Virus record (IMG/VR): IMGVR_UViG_3300043409_001318
Span: 1 to 64,000 of that record
Strand: one strand, 5' to 3'
Origin: a virus
Length of the DNA: 64,000 bases
How positions within the stretch are numbered: position 1 is the first letter of the stretch; each line of letters begins with the position of its first letter. The notes beneath the pieces are model-generated. The model saw only the letters and a list, made by a program, of their open reading frames with translations, did not search any database and had not been told where the DNA came from. A program made the position numbers and the translations under genes. Of this stretch, positions 63,280-64,000 are shown piece by piece.

Positions 63280-63519
63280 ATGTGGACGAGAAAGCAAATT
63301 GAGACTATGCTTCAACAGGACGGAGCGGTCAATCAAGCCGTTATATCCCTTGCGAGGAACGTCGATCTTCTTCCCGAAAAGACCCGTTCTTACGTTATTA
63401 ATTGGGGAAATTGGGTAGCAAGCGGCAAAACCCTTAGCGGGAAGCACCTTGTAAACGCCCGTCGAACTTGCATTTTCAACTCCAAGACCCTTACCGCAAT
63501 CGCAAATAAGGAGGTTTAA
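63280..63519 (+). CDS. Conserved-type phage early protein
   Basis: W...GKTLSGKHL..ARR...L..IAN; GAGGAG RBS. Confidence 0.65.
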   Translation: MWTRKQIETMLQQDGAVNQAVISLARNVDLLPEKTRSYVINWGNWVASGKTLSGKHLVNARRTCIFNSKTLTAIANKEV

Positions 63520-63520
63520 T

Positions 63521-63655
63521 ATGGATAATTGGGAAGAGCAGAAAAAGAAAGATATTGAATTCATGGATAAGCTTACTTTTGTCCTTGCTTCTGCCGCAAG
63601 TTGCTATATAGTCTTTTACTTTATCCCTATGGTTATCCATAAGATTTTCTTCTAA
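63521..63655 (+). CDS. 44-aa TM microprotein (not in track)
   Basis: AAGGAGG RBS; C-terminal hydrophobic helix. Confidence 0.5.
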   Translation: MDNWEEQKKKDIEFMDKLTFVLASAASCYIVFYFIPMVIHKIFF

Positions 63656-63711
63656 AAGTTCCTTGACGCTCTTTGTAGATCGGTTAATCTCTAAAACGAA
63701 GGAGAAAGAAA

Positions 63712-63867
63712 ATGTTCATCGTCGCGGTTCACGATTGGAATACTAACGAGGTCAAATACGCTGGTCCCTTTGACTTCGTAAACGCTGCTATAGTATGGAT
63801 TGACGAGCAAGCAAAAAACGATAACGAAGATATTGATTACGAGATTTGCCCGCTTAAGGCTCCGTAG
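63712..63867 (+). CDS. 51-aa microprotein (not in track)
   Basis: TTGACG promoter at 63663; AAGGAG RBS. Confidence 0.55.
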   Translation: MFIVAVHDWNTNEVKYAGPFDFVNAAIVWIDEQAKNDNEDIDYEICPLKAP

Positions 63868-63937
63868 TTCAAAAATCTTGAAAACTTCCTTGACGGCTCC
63901 CCGAAACGCATTAAGTGGATGAAGAAGGAGAAAGAAA

Positions 63938-64000
63938 ATGGCTGGTAATTCTGCTTGGGTCCGCATGGAACGGCTTCTTGAGATTGGTTTTACTCACGAA
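63938..64000 (+). CDS. 3'-truncated ORF
   Basis: TTGACG promoter at about 63890; AAGGAG RBS; MAGNSAWVRM... Confidence 0.5.
   Translation, partial: MAGNSAWVRMERLLEIGFTHE

Noticed and set aside
1-64000. Stop-codon recoding
   Set aside because: Conserved genes are full-length under the standard code, and TAA, TAG and TGA all end genes; no suppressor anticodon among the tRNAs
1-64000. CRISPR array or cas genes
   Set aside because: No regularly spaced direct repeats with unique spacers; the 14-bp junctions are separated by whole genes

Overview
64 kb of an AT-rich, large (probably jumbo) tailed dsDNA phage genome. Nearly all genes are on the + strand; no rRNA, ribosomal-protein or CRISPR features were seen. 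About 1-37 kb is a replication, nucleotide-metabolism and proteostasis region. It carries DnaE, a minimal PolA polymerase domain with a separate 5'-3' exonuclease, DnaB, gp32-like SSB, RecA, class II RNR, ThyX, dUTPase, PurA, IMPDH/GMPR, UvsE, GroEL/GroES, ClpP and Hsp20. Interleaved with these are genes preceded by a recurring ACTA(T/A)TTA motif, a candidate late promoter. Their proteins share W..FL.E-type N-terminal and (I/L).E(R/A/V)L..(W/V)-type C-terminal peptides. They include a 2H-phosphoesterase/dual-specificity-phosphatase fusion, a HAD phosphatase and three tandem 860-1050 aa paralogues with an unrecognised SCHS...YFxCA core. About 47.5-64 kb is an early-type region with many sigma70-like promoters, over 20 SH3/KOW-like microproteins joined by a repeated 14-bp junction, a CCHC zinc-knuckle family, an 11-tRNA cluster (including Ile-UAU), a type II R-M-like pair and a candidate ~230-nt structured ncRNA. 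Three HNH-type endonuclease genes occur in the window. The most promising unexplained signals are the putative virion-cargo sorting system and its enzymes, the triplicated giant proteins, the ncRNA, the hairpins that overlap promoters and mask RBSs, and the microprotein cassette arrays. All family assignments come from motif recognition by eye; no database searches were run.
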